This document shows, piece after piece, positions 1 through 9,533 of a stretch of 64,000 nucleotides of DNA. The position numbers were made by a program, and so were the translations under genes. Origin of the DNA: Magnetococcales bacterium (GTDB lineage Bacteria > Pseudomonadota > Magnetococcia > Magnetococcales > JADGAQ01). The stretch spans positions 18,728-82,727 of the forward strand of contig JADGAQ010000001.1 of assembly GCA_015231925.1 (NCBI GenBank), read 5' to 3'. The notes below the pieces were generated by a model. It was not told the DNA's origin, did no database searches, and was given only the letters and a program-made list of their open reading frames with translations. Position 1 is the stretch's first letter; every line of letters begins with the position of its first letter.

Positions 1-490
1 CCGCCATGATCTCCTCCATCATGGAGATCCCTTTTCCCGCTCCTTTCAGCGGATTGGAAAAGAACATCACCAGAACATCCGCGTGGGTTTCGCAGTCCAG
101 GTTCAGACAGAGATAGTGGACCTTCTCCTCCGGCAGATAGCCTTCCGCATAGGGAGGTTTGGGCTGGTGAATCAGGTTGCGGGCGGCATCGCTCAACTGC
201 TGGCGACGGGGGCCGTGGCTGGAACAGGTGACGTGAATGCGCCGTCGCAGGTAGTGGTTGTAGGCTACCAGTTCGTGTTCCAGATAACTGGCCAGCCAGA
301 TGGAAAAGGCTTCCACCATGGAGGCGAGGTCCAGTTTTTCCGCCAGACGGCTGTGCAATTCGTAGATGCGTGCCAAGCGTTCGTTTTTGATGCGGTAGGA
401 TTCCAGCTCCTCCAAGAGGTTGACCGGCATGGCCAGCCCGCGTCGGCTGCTTTCTCTCCATCTATTCTCATGGCACACGAGAATACTCAT
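1..490 (-). CDS. hypothetical protein, N-terminal part (gene continues beyond the left window edge)
   Basis: My own translation of the minus strand finds an ATG at 490..488 (alternative ATG 430..428). It opens a stop-free frame to position 2 (MSILVCHENRWRESSRRGLAMPVNLLEELESYRIKNERLARIYELHSRLAEKLDLASMVEAFSIWLASYLEHELVAYNHYLRRRIHVTCSSHG...). It is absent from the ORF track because its stop lies outside the window. The listed + ORF 83..586 is its antisense shadow. No domain recognised. Confidence 0.5.
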   Translation of the reverse strand, partial: MSILVCHENRWRESSRRGLAMPVNLLEELESYRIKNERLARIYELHSRLAEKLDLASMVEAFSIWLASYLEHELVAYNHYLRRRIHVTCSSHGPRRQQLSDAARNLIHQPKPPYAEGYLPEEKVHYLCLNLDCETHADVLVMFFSNPLKGAGKGISMMEEIMA

Positions 491-966
491 GCAATCTCCT
501 TGCTGCCCCGTTCCGAGTCGAATCTCCCCGCCGAGTCGTATGAACCTCGATCGGCAGTGCCATCCTTGGGGGGGATTCCTGATTAGGGCTTATTGCGTCC
601 CTGTAACCAACCTGTTCCGGGATCGATCCCGTCTGGGGAAGGACTATTGCCAAGTTCGTGCCAAGCTGGATAGCGGCGGACAAAGGCGGGGAATTGTCGG
701 GTCAACTGACTGATATTTGAAGAACATTACGGCAATTGTCAAATTTGGTCAGTTCGGGAGGATTGTAAAATAGCCGGAGCGGCAGGCCAGTCACGAAATT
801 GGCGAAGGCGGGGGCTGATTTGATCAACTGATTGAAAATAAAGCGATGTGTCTGTTTCGGACGGGTGCGAGCTTCGGAACGGGCTGTTTCAAACCCGTTC
901 CGAGGCCGGCAAGGATGATCCGGCAGCGAGGCGGCAAAAGATTCCGCTTGGCCGGAGGGGAGGGCA

Positions 967-992
967 CTTGCCGGGTTTGGGCTCCCGGCAAG
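967..992 (-). terminator. GC-rich hairpin 36 nt downstream of the flagellin stop (possible terminator, no clear U-tract)
   Basis: CTTGCCGGG-tttgggct-CCCGGCAAG forms a 9-bp perfect stem. A second 9-bp hairpin, CGGAACGGG-n10-CCCGTTCCG, lies at 875-902. Neither is followed by a T-run on the minus strand. Confidence 0.3.
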
Positions 993-1027
993 GTGCAAAC
1001 GGTGCGGAAGCGAAAGGTCAGCACGCC

Positions 1028-1828
1028 CTAAAGCAGGCTGAGTACCTGCTGGGAGAGCAGATTGGCCTGGGAGAGCATGGCCACATGGGCCTGCTGACGG
1101 ATGGCCAGGCTGACCTTGCGGGCGGTTTCGGAGGCCATGTCGGCATCCATGATCCCGGAGCGGGCCTCCTGGGTGGAGAGTCCCTGGTGAGCAAGGGAGT
1201 TGATCGACGACCCCAGTTCGGCTTCCAGCGCGCCGAAACGGGACTGGCTGGCAGAAACCCGGGCCATGTTGTCGTCCAGAATTCCCAGGGCGCTCTCGGC
1301 GCCACTCCGGGTGGAAAGGTCGACGGCGGAGAGGTTCGAGGCCAGATCGTCCAGGGCGAATGGGGTTTGATTGCCGGCATTCGGCCCGGTCTGCAGGGTG
1401 AGGCTGTCGTTGGAGGAGAGGAGGTCGATTTCGTTGAAACGGGTTTCGGCGAGGGCCGTGCCAATTTGGGTTTGCAGTTGCCGGGCCTCCTCGGCCAGAG
1501 CGGCACGGTCCGTATCGTTGAGTCCGCCGCTGGAGGCCTGCACGGCCAACTCCCGCAGGCGCTCCATATTGCCTTGAACCTCCTGAAGGCTTCCCATGGC
1601 CACCTGGGCCAGGGAGACGCCGTCATTGGCGTTGAGGGTGGCCTGATTGATGGCGCGAACCTGGCTGGTCAAGGTGGTGGCCACCGCCAGGAGGGCCGCC
1701 TGATCCTTGCCCTGGGAAACGGACTGCCCCGAAGCGAGCTTGCGAAAGGCTTCAGTCAGGTTGCCTTGTACCTGCCGGGATTGACCCAGAAGGCTTTGGA
1801 TGCCCTTGTCCTGGATGGAGATGGCCAT
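1028..1828 (-). CDS. fliC: flagellin (short, 266 aa)
   Basis: The conserved flagellin N-terminus is present (..LNANDGVSLAQVAMGSLQEVQGNMERLRELAVQASSGGLNDTDRAAL..). So is the C-terminus (..RSGIMDADMASETARKVSLAIRQQAHVAMLSQANLLSQQVLSLL). The variable central region is very short. Confidence 0.9.
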   Translation of the reverse strand: MAISIQDKGIQSLLGQSRQVQGNLTEAFRKLASGQSVSQGKDQAALLAVATTLTSQVRAINQATLNANDGVSLAQVAMGSLQEVQGNMERLRELAVQASSGGLNDTDRAALAEEARQLQTQIGTALAETRFNEIDLLSSNDSLTLQTGPNAGNQTPFALDDLASNLSAVDLSTRSGAESALGILDDNMARVSASQSRFGALEAELGSSINSLAHQGLSTQEARSGIMDADMASETARKVSLAIRQQAHVAMLSQANLLSQQVLSLL

Positions 1829-1893
1829 ATCCTGTATTCCTTGCTACCATGAACGTTGACGGATCCGAAAAAGAAATGCCCCTTTCGACAATC

Positions 1894-1921
1894 TTATCGG
1901 ATGGAAATCGTGTTATCTTTA
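1894..1921 (-). promoter_or_regulatory. sigma-28 (FliA)-type promoter for the flagellin gene
   Basis: The minus strand reads TAAA-n16-TCCGATAA, against the class-3 flagellar consensus TAAA-n15-GCCGATAA. The -10 box sits about 65 nt upstream of the flagellin ATG. Confidence 0.5.
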
Positions 1922-1985
1922 ACATAATTTCGCGTAGGGGGCGAAATATTTTCCGCCCAAAACCCGCACCCATCCGGGGAGAGCC

Positions 1986-2939
1986 ATGATTCAAGCCCTT
2001 CTTAAGAAGTATCCTCTTGAAAATATGCATCTTTTCCTGGGAATGTCCCAGGAGTCGGTGGGCCATTTCCTGGAACATGGGCAAGTGCGTCATTTGGCGG
2101 AAGGGGAGGTTCTCCTGAGGCCCGGTATGACCAACGCCCATCTGTTCATCGTTTTGGCCGGAAGGTTGCGAGTGCATCTGGAAGAGCCGGAGGGCGATCC
2201 CATCGCCTTTCTGGAGAGCGGCGAGTGCGCCGGAGAACTCTCCCTGATCGAGGCCCGTCAGGTATCCGCCTGGGTGCTGGCCGACCGGGAGGTGACCCTG
2301 CTGGCTCTGCCTCACGAGACGGTGTGGGCGTTGGTCAATAATTTCCATGCCATCGCCCGCAACCTGTTGTTGATCCTTTCCCGACGCATTCGCCTGATCA
2401 ACAAGACGCTGGTGGCGGAAAATCAGCGGCTGGCCGCCAGTGAGTACAATGCGCGGGTCGACGCCCTGACCGGCCTTTTCAACCGGCGCTGGCTGGACGA
2501 GGCCCTGGATCGGCTGCTGAAAAGGCAGAGACGAAATGGTTCCGCCCTGGGGGTGGTGTTGATCGACGCGGACCATTTCAAACGCTTCAACGATACCTAC
2601 GGGCACCTTTCGGGAGATTGTGCCCTGAGAACCATGGCGCGCACCATTCGAGACCATCTGCGTCCGGGCGACCACGCAGCCCGCTACGGAGGGGAGGAGA
2701 TGGTGGTCCTTCTGCCCGACTCCAGCCGGGAAGAGGTGGAACGGGTCGGGGAGAGGTTGCGTCAGGCGGTGGAGGAGGCGGCCATCCACGGGGAAGATGG
2801 TCAGCCCTTGCCGGGAATCACCATCTCCTGCGGCATGGCGATTCCGGAAGGGGATCTCACCTCCCTTGAATTGCTGGCGCTGGCCGATTCCGCCCTCTAT
2901 CGCGCCAAAGCAGCCGGGCGCAACCGGGTCTCCTGGTAG
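1986..2939 (+). CDS. diguanylate cyclase with N-terminal cyclic-nucleotide-binding-like domain
   Basis: 317 aa. The N-terminus is CAP-effector-like (..GEVLLRPGMTNAHLFIVLAGRLRV..ESGECAGELSLI..). The C-terminus is a GGDEF domain (DALTGLFNRR, LIDADHFKRFNDTYGHLSGD, RYGGEEMVVLL, LYRAKAAGRNRV). Confidence 0.85.
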   Translation: MIQALLKKYPLENMHLFLGMSQESVGHFLEHGQVRHLAEGEVLLRPGMTNAHLFIVLAGRLRVHLEEPEGDPIAFLESGECAGELSLIEARQVSAWVLADREVTLLALPHETVWALVNNFHAIARNLLLILSRRIRLINKTLVAENQRLAASEYNARVDALTGLFNRRWLDEALDRLLKRQRRNGSALGVVLIDADHFKRFNDTYGHLSGDCALRTMARTIRDHLRPGDHAARYGGEEMVVLLPDSSREEVERVGERLRQAVEEAAIHGEDGQPLPGITISCGMAIPEGDLTSLELLALADSALYRAKAAGRNRVSW

Positions 2940-2942
2940 GTT

Positions 2943-4466
2943 TCAGTTCTCCTGCTCCAGGAAAGGGGCGCTGTATTTCCGGGTGGTGAAGACCTCGAAC
3001 GTGGCTCCCGAGCGCCAGGCGTCCGCAGCCAATCCGGCCTTCCGGGAGAGTTGGGCGAGGGTCTCCTCCCGGCTCCAGCCCTGTTCCGTGGCCACTTCCG
3101 GCAGGAACACCGCCCGGCGGCCCTCTTTGGTGAGCAGGATGCCCTGTTTTCCGACGACGAAGGCTTCCGGTCCCGGGATGGGGCGCAACGGGCTCAGGAC
3201 GCTGACTTCCACCTCCAGTTGAGGCAGCTCCTCGGGCTGCACCGGGCGAAAGCGGGGATCGCGCAGCGCGGCGTTGAGAGCGTTGTCGGCCACGGCGTCC
3301 CACAGAGGCATCACCGGCAGGATGGAGCCGATGCAGCCCCGCAGATCGTGATGTTTCTTGAGGGTGACGAAGGCGCCGGAAAGACGTCGCAAATGGTCCG
3401 GAACCTCGAACCCCCGAGCGATTTCCCGAACGTTGGCGGGGGTTGAACCGGAAGTGACCACCTGTTGCAGAACGCGCCGCGCCAAACGATGCAGCAGGCG
3501 CATGTCGGCTTCCCCAAGGGTATCGGTGTCGTGATCGGGCTGTGTTGACAAGGGGGCCTCCCGGGTGACGGCAATGGCCAGGTAGCTGACCGATAAGGTG
3601 TTGTCGCGGGTCATGCGTCCGGAGGTGTCGTACTCCAGCAGGGTGACCCGGCACTCCGCGTCGAGGAGATTCAGGAGTATCCCTGCCGGGGCGGCGGCGC
3701 AACTGGTGTTTCCGGTTTTTTCGAGGTGGTCTAGGAATCCCTTGGTATCGTGACGTTGCAGGAAGCCGAAGGTGGTCATGTCCATTTCGCGGAGCCGTTC
3801 CGGCAATTGTTCGTTCGCCGGCCAGGGCTGATAGCCGTAGGCGGCGCCGTAGTGGGTGAAATCTCCGGAGATGACCAGCAGGGTCTCCTGGTCCAGCAGG
3901 GGGCGGAGGGCGTCGGCAGCCCGAGCCGCCGTATCGGGCGTGGTGCGTCCCACGATCACCGGCACCAGTTGCCAGGAATCGGGCAGAGCCACCTGCAAAA
4001 GGGGCAATTCAATCTCGATGGCGTGTTCAGTATCGTGGGCTTGAGGGGCGTTGGCAAAAAGGGGTTGCCGGCGCAGGGTATCGAGGGCGGTCAGATCGAG
4101 GGGAATCTCTCCCAGGGGGGTGGCGAAATGGGTCGCCTCCGGGAGGGAGAGGCCGGAAAACCCCACACGATGCGACGGAGACAGAATGACCACCCGGCGG
4201 GGGGGATGATCGCGGAGCAGGGCGAAGCCTCCTGCGGCCACGCCGCCGCTGTACGCCAGCCCCGCGTGGGGCACCACCAGGGCGCGCAACGGCTGGGGGC
4301 CGATCTCCGGATGGGAGGTTTTCTCTTCCAGGAGGCCGCTCACCAGATTGCGCAACGACTCGGCGGAGGCGGGATACCAGCTTCCGGCCAATACCGGTTT
4401 GCGGACCTTGCGCGCCGTGGCGGGATCCATGTTCACGGCGGTCTCTTTCCAGGAGATCCAGACCAT
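2943..4466 (-). CDS. MEMO1-family / AMMECR1 fusion protein (AmmeMemoRadiSam system proteins B+A in one polypeptide)
   Basis: 507 aa. The N-terminal half carries MEMO-type motifs (AGSWYP, VVPHAGLAYSG, ISGDFTHYG). The C-terminal half carries the AMMECR1 signature (GAFVTLKKHHDLRGCIGS, LRDPRFRPV, EVEVSVLS). Confidence 0.85.
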   Translation of the reverse strand: MVWISWKETAVNMDPATARKVRKPVLAGSWYPASAESLRNLVSGLLEEKTSHPEIGPQPLRALVVPHAGLAYSGGVAAGGFALLRDHPPRRVVILSPSHRVGFSGLSLPEATHFATPLGEIPLDLTALDTLRRQPLFANAPQAHDTEHAIEIELPLLQVALPDSWQLVPVIVGRTTPDTAARAADALRPLLDQETLLVISGDFTHYGAAYGYQPWPANEQLPERLREMDMTTFGFLQRHDTKGFLDHLEKTGNTSCAAAPAGILLNLLDAECRVTLLEYDTSGRMTRDNTLSVSYLAIAVTREAPLSTQPDHDTDTLGEADMRLLHRLARRVLQQVVTSGSTPANVREIARGFEVPDHLRRLSGAFVTLKKHHDLRGCIGSILPVMPLWDAVADNALNAALRDPRFRPVQPEELPQLEVEVSVLSPLRPIPGPEAFVVGKQGILLTKEGRRAVFLPEVATEQGWSREETLAQLSRKAGLAADAWRSGATFEVFTTRKYSAPFLEQEN

Positions 4467-4629
4467 TTCATCGCTCCTTTCGGCAGCAGGCGAGGGGGGC
4501 TCCGGTGAAAAGAATGGGACTATCCTCTGTGGAAAGCAACGATTGCCTGGCCGATAACCTTCTTAAGGTTGCGCTGGAGGGCACGGCTTTATACAATCGC
4601 CTATTTTTACCCGTCCAGAATAGCGGCAC

Positions 4630-5733
4630 ATGGCAGAAAAAGGCATCATAATCGCATGGCTCACCCTTCTTCCTGCCGTCGTCCTGGGCGGGGGGTTGGC
4701 CCATGGTGCGCCGCTGGATGAATTTTTGACGGCCCAGCACGGCTATCCTCCCTGGCATGGGGAGTGGGAAGTCGGTATGGATGTCATGAACGGCAAGCTC
4801 GATCTGCTGAATCTGCGCAAAAAGGACCAGGATTTTTCCGGAACCACCGTCGGCGACTATACCGGTTGGCATGCTTTGGGCGGAATAGCCGTAACCCGGC
4901 GGCTCTGGGTCGACGGCGGCGTTTGGGACCGTTCCATCATGACTCCCCTGGATACGGCGGAGAGCGTGGGTTGGCAGGTTGGCGCCCAGTACCAGTTCAC
5001 CGTCAATGTCGACAATCTGCCGGCGCTGGCTTTGCGCTGGACCCGTTGGGGCAACAGCGGCCAGGAGGTGGAGAAGAAGTCCGCCACCACCCTTCGCGGC
5101 ATCACCGCCGATAAGATCGCCATCAAGGGGCCGGGTGATCGCCAGACCCAGATCGACCTTCTGGCCACCTGGATGCGAGGCGAAAACGACAGCTTCTCGT
5201 TGTTTTATGGACAGGGCTGGAGCAAGGTCAACTACGACAAGCTGCTGGTCACCTTGCGGGGGGAGTGTGTCTACGACGTGGATTCTCCCAACCCCCAACA
5301 GTTCAAGGGGTTCCTGGTCAGTGGCGACCCCGATTTTTGCGAGGTGTTGAGTTTCGATCTTCACGATGAGGGGGGGGCTTTTCCGGGGAAGGGCATGGGA
5401 GCGGCTTACGATGCCCGTTATGTCCACTTCGGCGGCATGTACCAGTGGTTGGACGACAAATGGCGCACCCGTCTGGGCATGCGCTTTCAAAAACATGATC
5501 GGGATGTCGAGGATTCGGTGCATCGCTTTGGTCGCACGACTTACGACAATAACCTGACTATTGTCGGCGACGTGGGATACAAGATTTTTAAGGAGAGCGG
5601 TTTGGTTTTTAGGATAGAATTGATGAAGAATCAATTCGTGGGGGACATTCCGTTCACCTACAATACCTTTTCATCCAACCGCTTCAATCGGAAATACGGC
5701 TTTCTGACCATTGCCTGGGTCAGTGGTTTCTGA
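4630..5733 (+). CDS. putative outer-membrane beta-barrel protein
   Basis: 367 aa. It has a signal peptide (IIIAWLTLLPAVVLGGGLAHG/AP), an aromatic/Gly-rich alternating sequence and a C-terminal ..TIAWVSGF ending in Phe, as in OMPs. It lies directly upstream of the polysaccharide exporter. The long antisense ORF 4468..5634 is rejected. Confidence 0.55.
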   Translation: MAEKGIIIAWLTLLPAVVLGGGLAHGAPLDEFLTAQHGYPPWHGEWEVGMDVMNGKLDLLNLRKKDQDFSGTTVGDYTGWHALGGIAVTRRLWVDGGVWDRSIMTPLDTAESVGWQVGAQYQFTVNVDNLPALALRWTRWGNSGQEVEKKSATTLRGITADKIAIKGPGDRQTQIDLLATWMRGENDSFSLFYGQGWSKVNYDKLLVTLRGECVYDVDSPNPQQFKGFLVSGDPDFCEVLSFDLHDEGGAFPGKGMGAAYDARYVHFGGMYQWLDDKWRTRLGMRFQKHDRDVEDSVHRFGRTTYDNNLTIVGDVGYKIFKESGLVFRIELMKNQFVGDIPFTYNTFSSNRFNRKYGFLTIAWVSGF

Positions 5734-5754
5734 CGGTGACAAGGGGATGACGCC

Positions 5755-8700
5755 ATGCGGCGCTTGAGGGCAGTATGGGCTTGCAATCGATGCTTTCCGA
5801 AGGCACGGGATCTTCCGATCCTGTCGGGGTTGTTGTTTCGGACGGCTCTGGCGCTTCTACCGTTGTTTCTGGTCTTCTCCGGGCAATCGTTCGCGGCCTC
5901 CTCTTTCTCGGACCAGTTGGGATCCAACAACCTGCTCAACCGGCTGGATCGCATCAACCGGTTGATGAACGACAAAGAGGATGATGATTCCTCTCCTGCC
6001 GACACGGAGATTCCCGGCAATGGCCAACAGCCGGCCCTGGGAGGAGCGGACCCGAAACAGCCCAAGCAGCAGCCGGTGCAACGCAACGACGAAAAGCTGA
6101 ATAAGGTCCATCCGGCCCGGCCGCGTCCCCAACCGAAAAAAGCGGCGGCTCCCGTCAAGCGGGAGGATAACAAGAGCGGTCGGAGCGGCGCGGAAACCGA
6201 AAAGAAAAATCGCCAGGAAAAGGAAGAGGCCCTGCTGAAGGATGCCCGGGAAAATGAACTGACGCAATTCGGTTACGACTTCTTCGCCAACCAGCCGTCG
6301 ACCTTCTCCCAATCCCGCAGCATGCCGATCCCCAACGACTATGTGATCGGTCCGGACGATGTGTTGCAGGTCAATGTCACCGGCAAGGAGATCAAGAATT
6401 ACAATCTTCGGGTCAACCGGGACGGCATCATCAATCTGACCGGAATCGGGCCCGTTTCCGTGGGGGGCTTGCCCTTCAAGGAGGTGCGCACCATCCTGGA
6501 AAACCTGGTCGAAACCCGTTTCATCGGCATGAAACTGGCGCATCTGTCCATCAGTGCCCTGCGCTCCATTCAAGTCTTTCTGACGGGCGAAACGCAACAA
6601 CCGGGTGCGTTTACGGTCAGCGCGCTGTCCACGGTGACCAATGCGCTGTCGGCCAGCGGGGGGGTCAAGCCCCGGGGCTCGCTGCGCAAGATCGAGTTGC
6701 GTCGTGAAGGGCAGGTCATCGCCACCCTCGACCTGTACAATCTCCTACTGAAGGGCGACAAGAGCGGCGATTTGCGTTTGCAGGGCGGGGACGTCCTCTT
6801 CATTCCCCGGCGCGGGGCCACGGTTGGTCTGGCCGGAGAGGTGCGCAGTCCGGGCATCTACGAACTCAACGGGGAAAAGACCGTCGGCGACGTGGTCAAA
6901 CTGGCGGGAGGGTTGCTGCCCACGGCCTATGCCAACGACTTCGAACTGGAACGGATCCAGCCCGGCAAGGGACGGGTGATGGTGCCCACCCCCTCGGGGA
7001 TGGATCCTTTCATGGCCTTGAAGGTGATGGACGGCGATACGGTGCGCTTCCATCCCGTGCAGGACAAGACCCTGGAGACCGTGGCCCTGATCGGCCATGC
7101 GGAGCAGGAAGGCATTCATCAGTGGAAACCGGGTATGCGCCTGGTCGATCTGCTGCCGAGCCGGGAGCTGTTGCAGCCGGATGCCGACCTGGATTATGTC
7201 CTGATCATGCGCTTCAACAAGGCGACCATGCGTTCCGAAGTCATGGCGACCCGTCTCGGATTGGCCTGGGCCAATCGCAACTCGTCCCACAATCCCGCCT
7301 TGCAGCCCCAGGACGAGATTCTGGTCTTCGGCCTGCACGAAGATCGGGCCGCGACGCTGGTGCCCTACTTGAACCGCCTGCGCCGCCAGACCGGGTCCGC
7401 CGAGCTGGAACCGGTGATTTCGGTGCGGGGTCATGTGCGTTTTCCGGGGGACTATCCCTTCGTGCCGGGGATGCGTCTCTCCGATCTGGTTCATGCCACC
7501 GCAAACATCCGCTCCGGCACCGATCTCGATTATGCCCTTTTGACCCGTGTGGTGGACAAGGACGGGCGCATCGCTCCGGTTTCGGTTCGGCTTCGGGATG
7601 TGCTGGGCGGCGAAGGTTCTCCGGCGGATCTGCCGTTGCAGGGGGAGGACCAGTTGTTGATCTTCCCCAGCAGCCAGTTTTTCGAGGAGCAGCGTAATCT
7701 GGAGGAGCGGGACGGGGTCTTCTCCCGCAAGCTGGAACTTCCGGGACAGGGCGGCTTCCGGGAGGCTTTTCCGGGTGAAAGCCTGGAGGTGAAACAGAAG
7801 GCCGCCTCCCAGGCCGGATACGGTTTCAATGCCAACCTGCAACAGTTCCACTATTCGGGACAGCCAGCCGACAACAAGGTGCCGACGGCTCCTGGCGCCC
7901 CCACCCTGTTCGGCAACAACAGCAGCTCCCGAAAACCGGGCACCAGTGTAACCAGGCTGGGTCCCAACCCGACATTGCCCGATCTGTTGGCGGCCTCCTC
8001 GTTGTCGAAGAGCCAGGAGGAGGGGACCGCCGCGCGTCGCCAGGCGGCTTCTATGCCCGGACTTTTCCCTCAGGCGGGAAAAACGGATGGCAAAGATGGG
8101 GATTTGGAGGGGAAAGAAAAGGAGAAAGGCGGGGAAGAGGGACTGGTCGATTTCGAAACCTATTTTCGCAACGAACGCTTCCGCAAATTCCGTCATGCCG
8201 TGGGGGATTTGCCGGCTTTGATGACCGGCAGCGTCTCCGAAACGAAGCTCGACAAGTTCGAATTTCTCAATGTGCCGCCCAACTCCAAGGAGTTGACGGA
8301 CCACTACCGGCAATGGTCCCGGTATACCCGGGAAGGGCTGTTGGCCCCGGTGATCGAGAAGCTGACCTCCCAGGCCACCATCTTCGAGCCGTCCCGCATC
8401 GTTCAGGTGGCCGGCATGGTGCGGTTTCCCGGCAAGTATCCCCTGGAAGAGGGCATGCGCATCAGCGATCTGGTTCGCGCCGGCGGGCAGATGTCCGAAC
8501 CGGCCTATGGTCTGGAAGGGGAGGTGTCGCGCTACTCCGTCAACCCGCAAGGGGAACGGGAGATCGTGCATCACAAGATCAATCTGGCGCGCATCCTGAC
8601 GGGAGATGTCGGGGCGGACATGGCGTTGCAGCCTTTCGATACCCTGAGTGTCAAGGTGACCCCCGAGTGGAGCGAGGTACGCATGGTCTCCATTCAGGGT

Positions 8701-9492
8701 GAAGTGCGTTTTCCGGGGGTCTATCCGGTGCGCAAGGGGGAGACTCTGATCAATCTGATGGAGCGTGCCGGGGGGTTGACCTCCTACGCCTATCCGGCCG
8801 GAGCCATCTTCCTCCGGGAGAACCTGAAAGAGCGGGAGCGTCAGGAGATGGCGGCCCTGGCGGATCGGGTTGAAATGAGCATCGTCAAGGCCGCTTCAAC
8901 TGTCAGCGGCGAGAATCAGGGTCGTATCGATCCCAACATGGTCATTGGATTGGCCAAAAAGCTTCGGGAGACCGAACCGCATGGCCGCTTGGCCATCGAT
9001 CTGCCGGAGATCCTTTCCGGCAAGCAGCCGGGGGGACAGGCCACCCTGGTCAGTACCTTGCTGGGCAAGGGGGGGGAGCAGGATGTGCCTCAGGTGACCC
9101 TGCGTGACGGCGACCGGTTGCTGATTCCGCAACGCAGTGACGAGGTGACGGTTTTCGGGGAGGTCTATTATCCCACCTCCCACCAGTTCATACCGGGGCG
9201 CAATGCCGAAGAGTATGTCGACATGAGCGGCGGGTTCACCTCCATGGCCGACAAGAAGAACGTCTACGTGGTCAAAGCCAACGGGCGGGTGATCCCTCGC
9301 CATACCCAGAACACCTTCGGCGTCAACTGGTTCCAGTTGGGTTCCCAGGACGTGGGGCCGGGGGATGCGGTGGTGGTTCCGCTCTATCTGGAGCCGACCT
9401 GGACCATGGTGGGCATGATGAAGGAAGTGACGGGCATTCTCTACAATATCAGCGTGACCTTGGCGGCCATCCATGCGGTGGGGGCTATTTGA
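5755..9492 (+). CDS. giant polysaccharide export protein (Wza/KpsD-like Poly_export domain plus about 7 SLBB-like modules)
   Basis: 1245 aa with a signal peptide (ALALLPLFLVFSGQSFA/AS). A Poly_export-type segment is present (GYDFFAN..PNDYVIGPDDVLQVNVTG). Repeated SLBB-like modules are visible (VSVRGHVRFPGDYPF, VQVAGMVRFPGKYPL, VSIQGEVRFPGVYPV, VTVFGEVYYPTSHQF and others). Confidence 0.8.
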   Translation: MRRLRAVWACNRCFPKARDLPILSGLLFRTALALLPLFLVFSGQSFAASSFSDQLGSNNLLNRLDRINRLMNDKEDDDSSPADTEIPGNGQQPALGGADPKQPKQQPVQRNDEKLNKVHPARPRPQPKKAAAPVKREDNKSGRSGAETEKKNRQEKEEALLKDARENELTQFGYDFFANQPSTFSQSRSMPIPNDYVIGPDDVLQVNVTGKEIKNYNLRVNRDGIINLTGIGPVSVGGLPFKEVRTILENLVETRFIGMKLAHLSISALRSIQVFLTGETQQPGAFTVSALSTVTNALSASGGVKPRGSLRKIELRREGQVIATLDLYNLLLKGDKSGDLRLQGGDVLFIPRRGATVGLAGEVRSPGIYELNGEKTVGDVVKLAGGLLPTAYANDFELERIQPGKGRVMVPTPSGMDPFMALKVMDGDTVRFHPVQDKTLETVALIGHAEQEGIHQWKPGMRLVDLLPSRELLQPDADLDYVLIMRFNKATMRSEVMATRLGLAWANRNSSHNPALQPQDEILVFGLHEDRAATLVPYLNRLRRQTGSAELEPVISVRGHVRFPGDYPFVPGMRLSDLVHATANIRSGTDLDYALLTRVVDKDGRIAPVSVRLRDVLGGEGSPADLPLQGEDQLLIFPSSQFFEEQRNLEERDGVFSRKLELPGQGGFREAFPGESLEVKQKAASQAGYGFNANLQQFHYSGQPADNKVPTAPGAPTLFGNNSSSRKPGTSVTRLGPNPTLPDLLAASSLSKSQEEGTAARRQAASMPGLFPQAGKTDGKDGDLEGKEKEKGGEEGLVDFETYFRNERFRKFRHAVGDLPALMTGSVSETKLDKFEFLNVPPNSKELTDHYRQWSRYTREGLLAPVIEKLTSQATIFEPSRIVQVAGMVRFPGKYPLEEGMRISDLVRAGGQMSEPAYGLEGEVSRYSVNPQGEREIVHHKINLARILTGDVGADMALQPFDTLSVKVTPEWSEVRMVSIQGEVRFPGVYPVRKGETLINLMERAGGLTSYAYPAGAIFLRENLKERERQEMAALADRVEMSIVKAASTVSGENQGRIDPNMVIGLAKKLRETEPHGRLAIDLPEILSGKQPGGQATLVSTLLGKGGEQDVPQVTLRDGDRLLIPQRSDEVTVFGEVYYPTSHQFIPGRNAEEYVDMSGGFTSMADKKNVYVVKANGRVIPRHTQNTFGVNWFQLGSQDVGPGDAVVVPLYLEPTWTMVGMMKEVTGILYNISVTLAAIHAVGAI

Positions 9493-9533
9493 GTCCGGGC
9501 AGGCGTTCTTTCCAGAGGGGTTGAGAGGCGGAC

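Noticed and set aside
83-586. A 167-aa plus-strand ORF at the left edge.
   Set aside because: The minus strand carries a stop-free frame with a much more protein-like sequence running off the window (feature 1..490). The plus ORF is its shadow.
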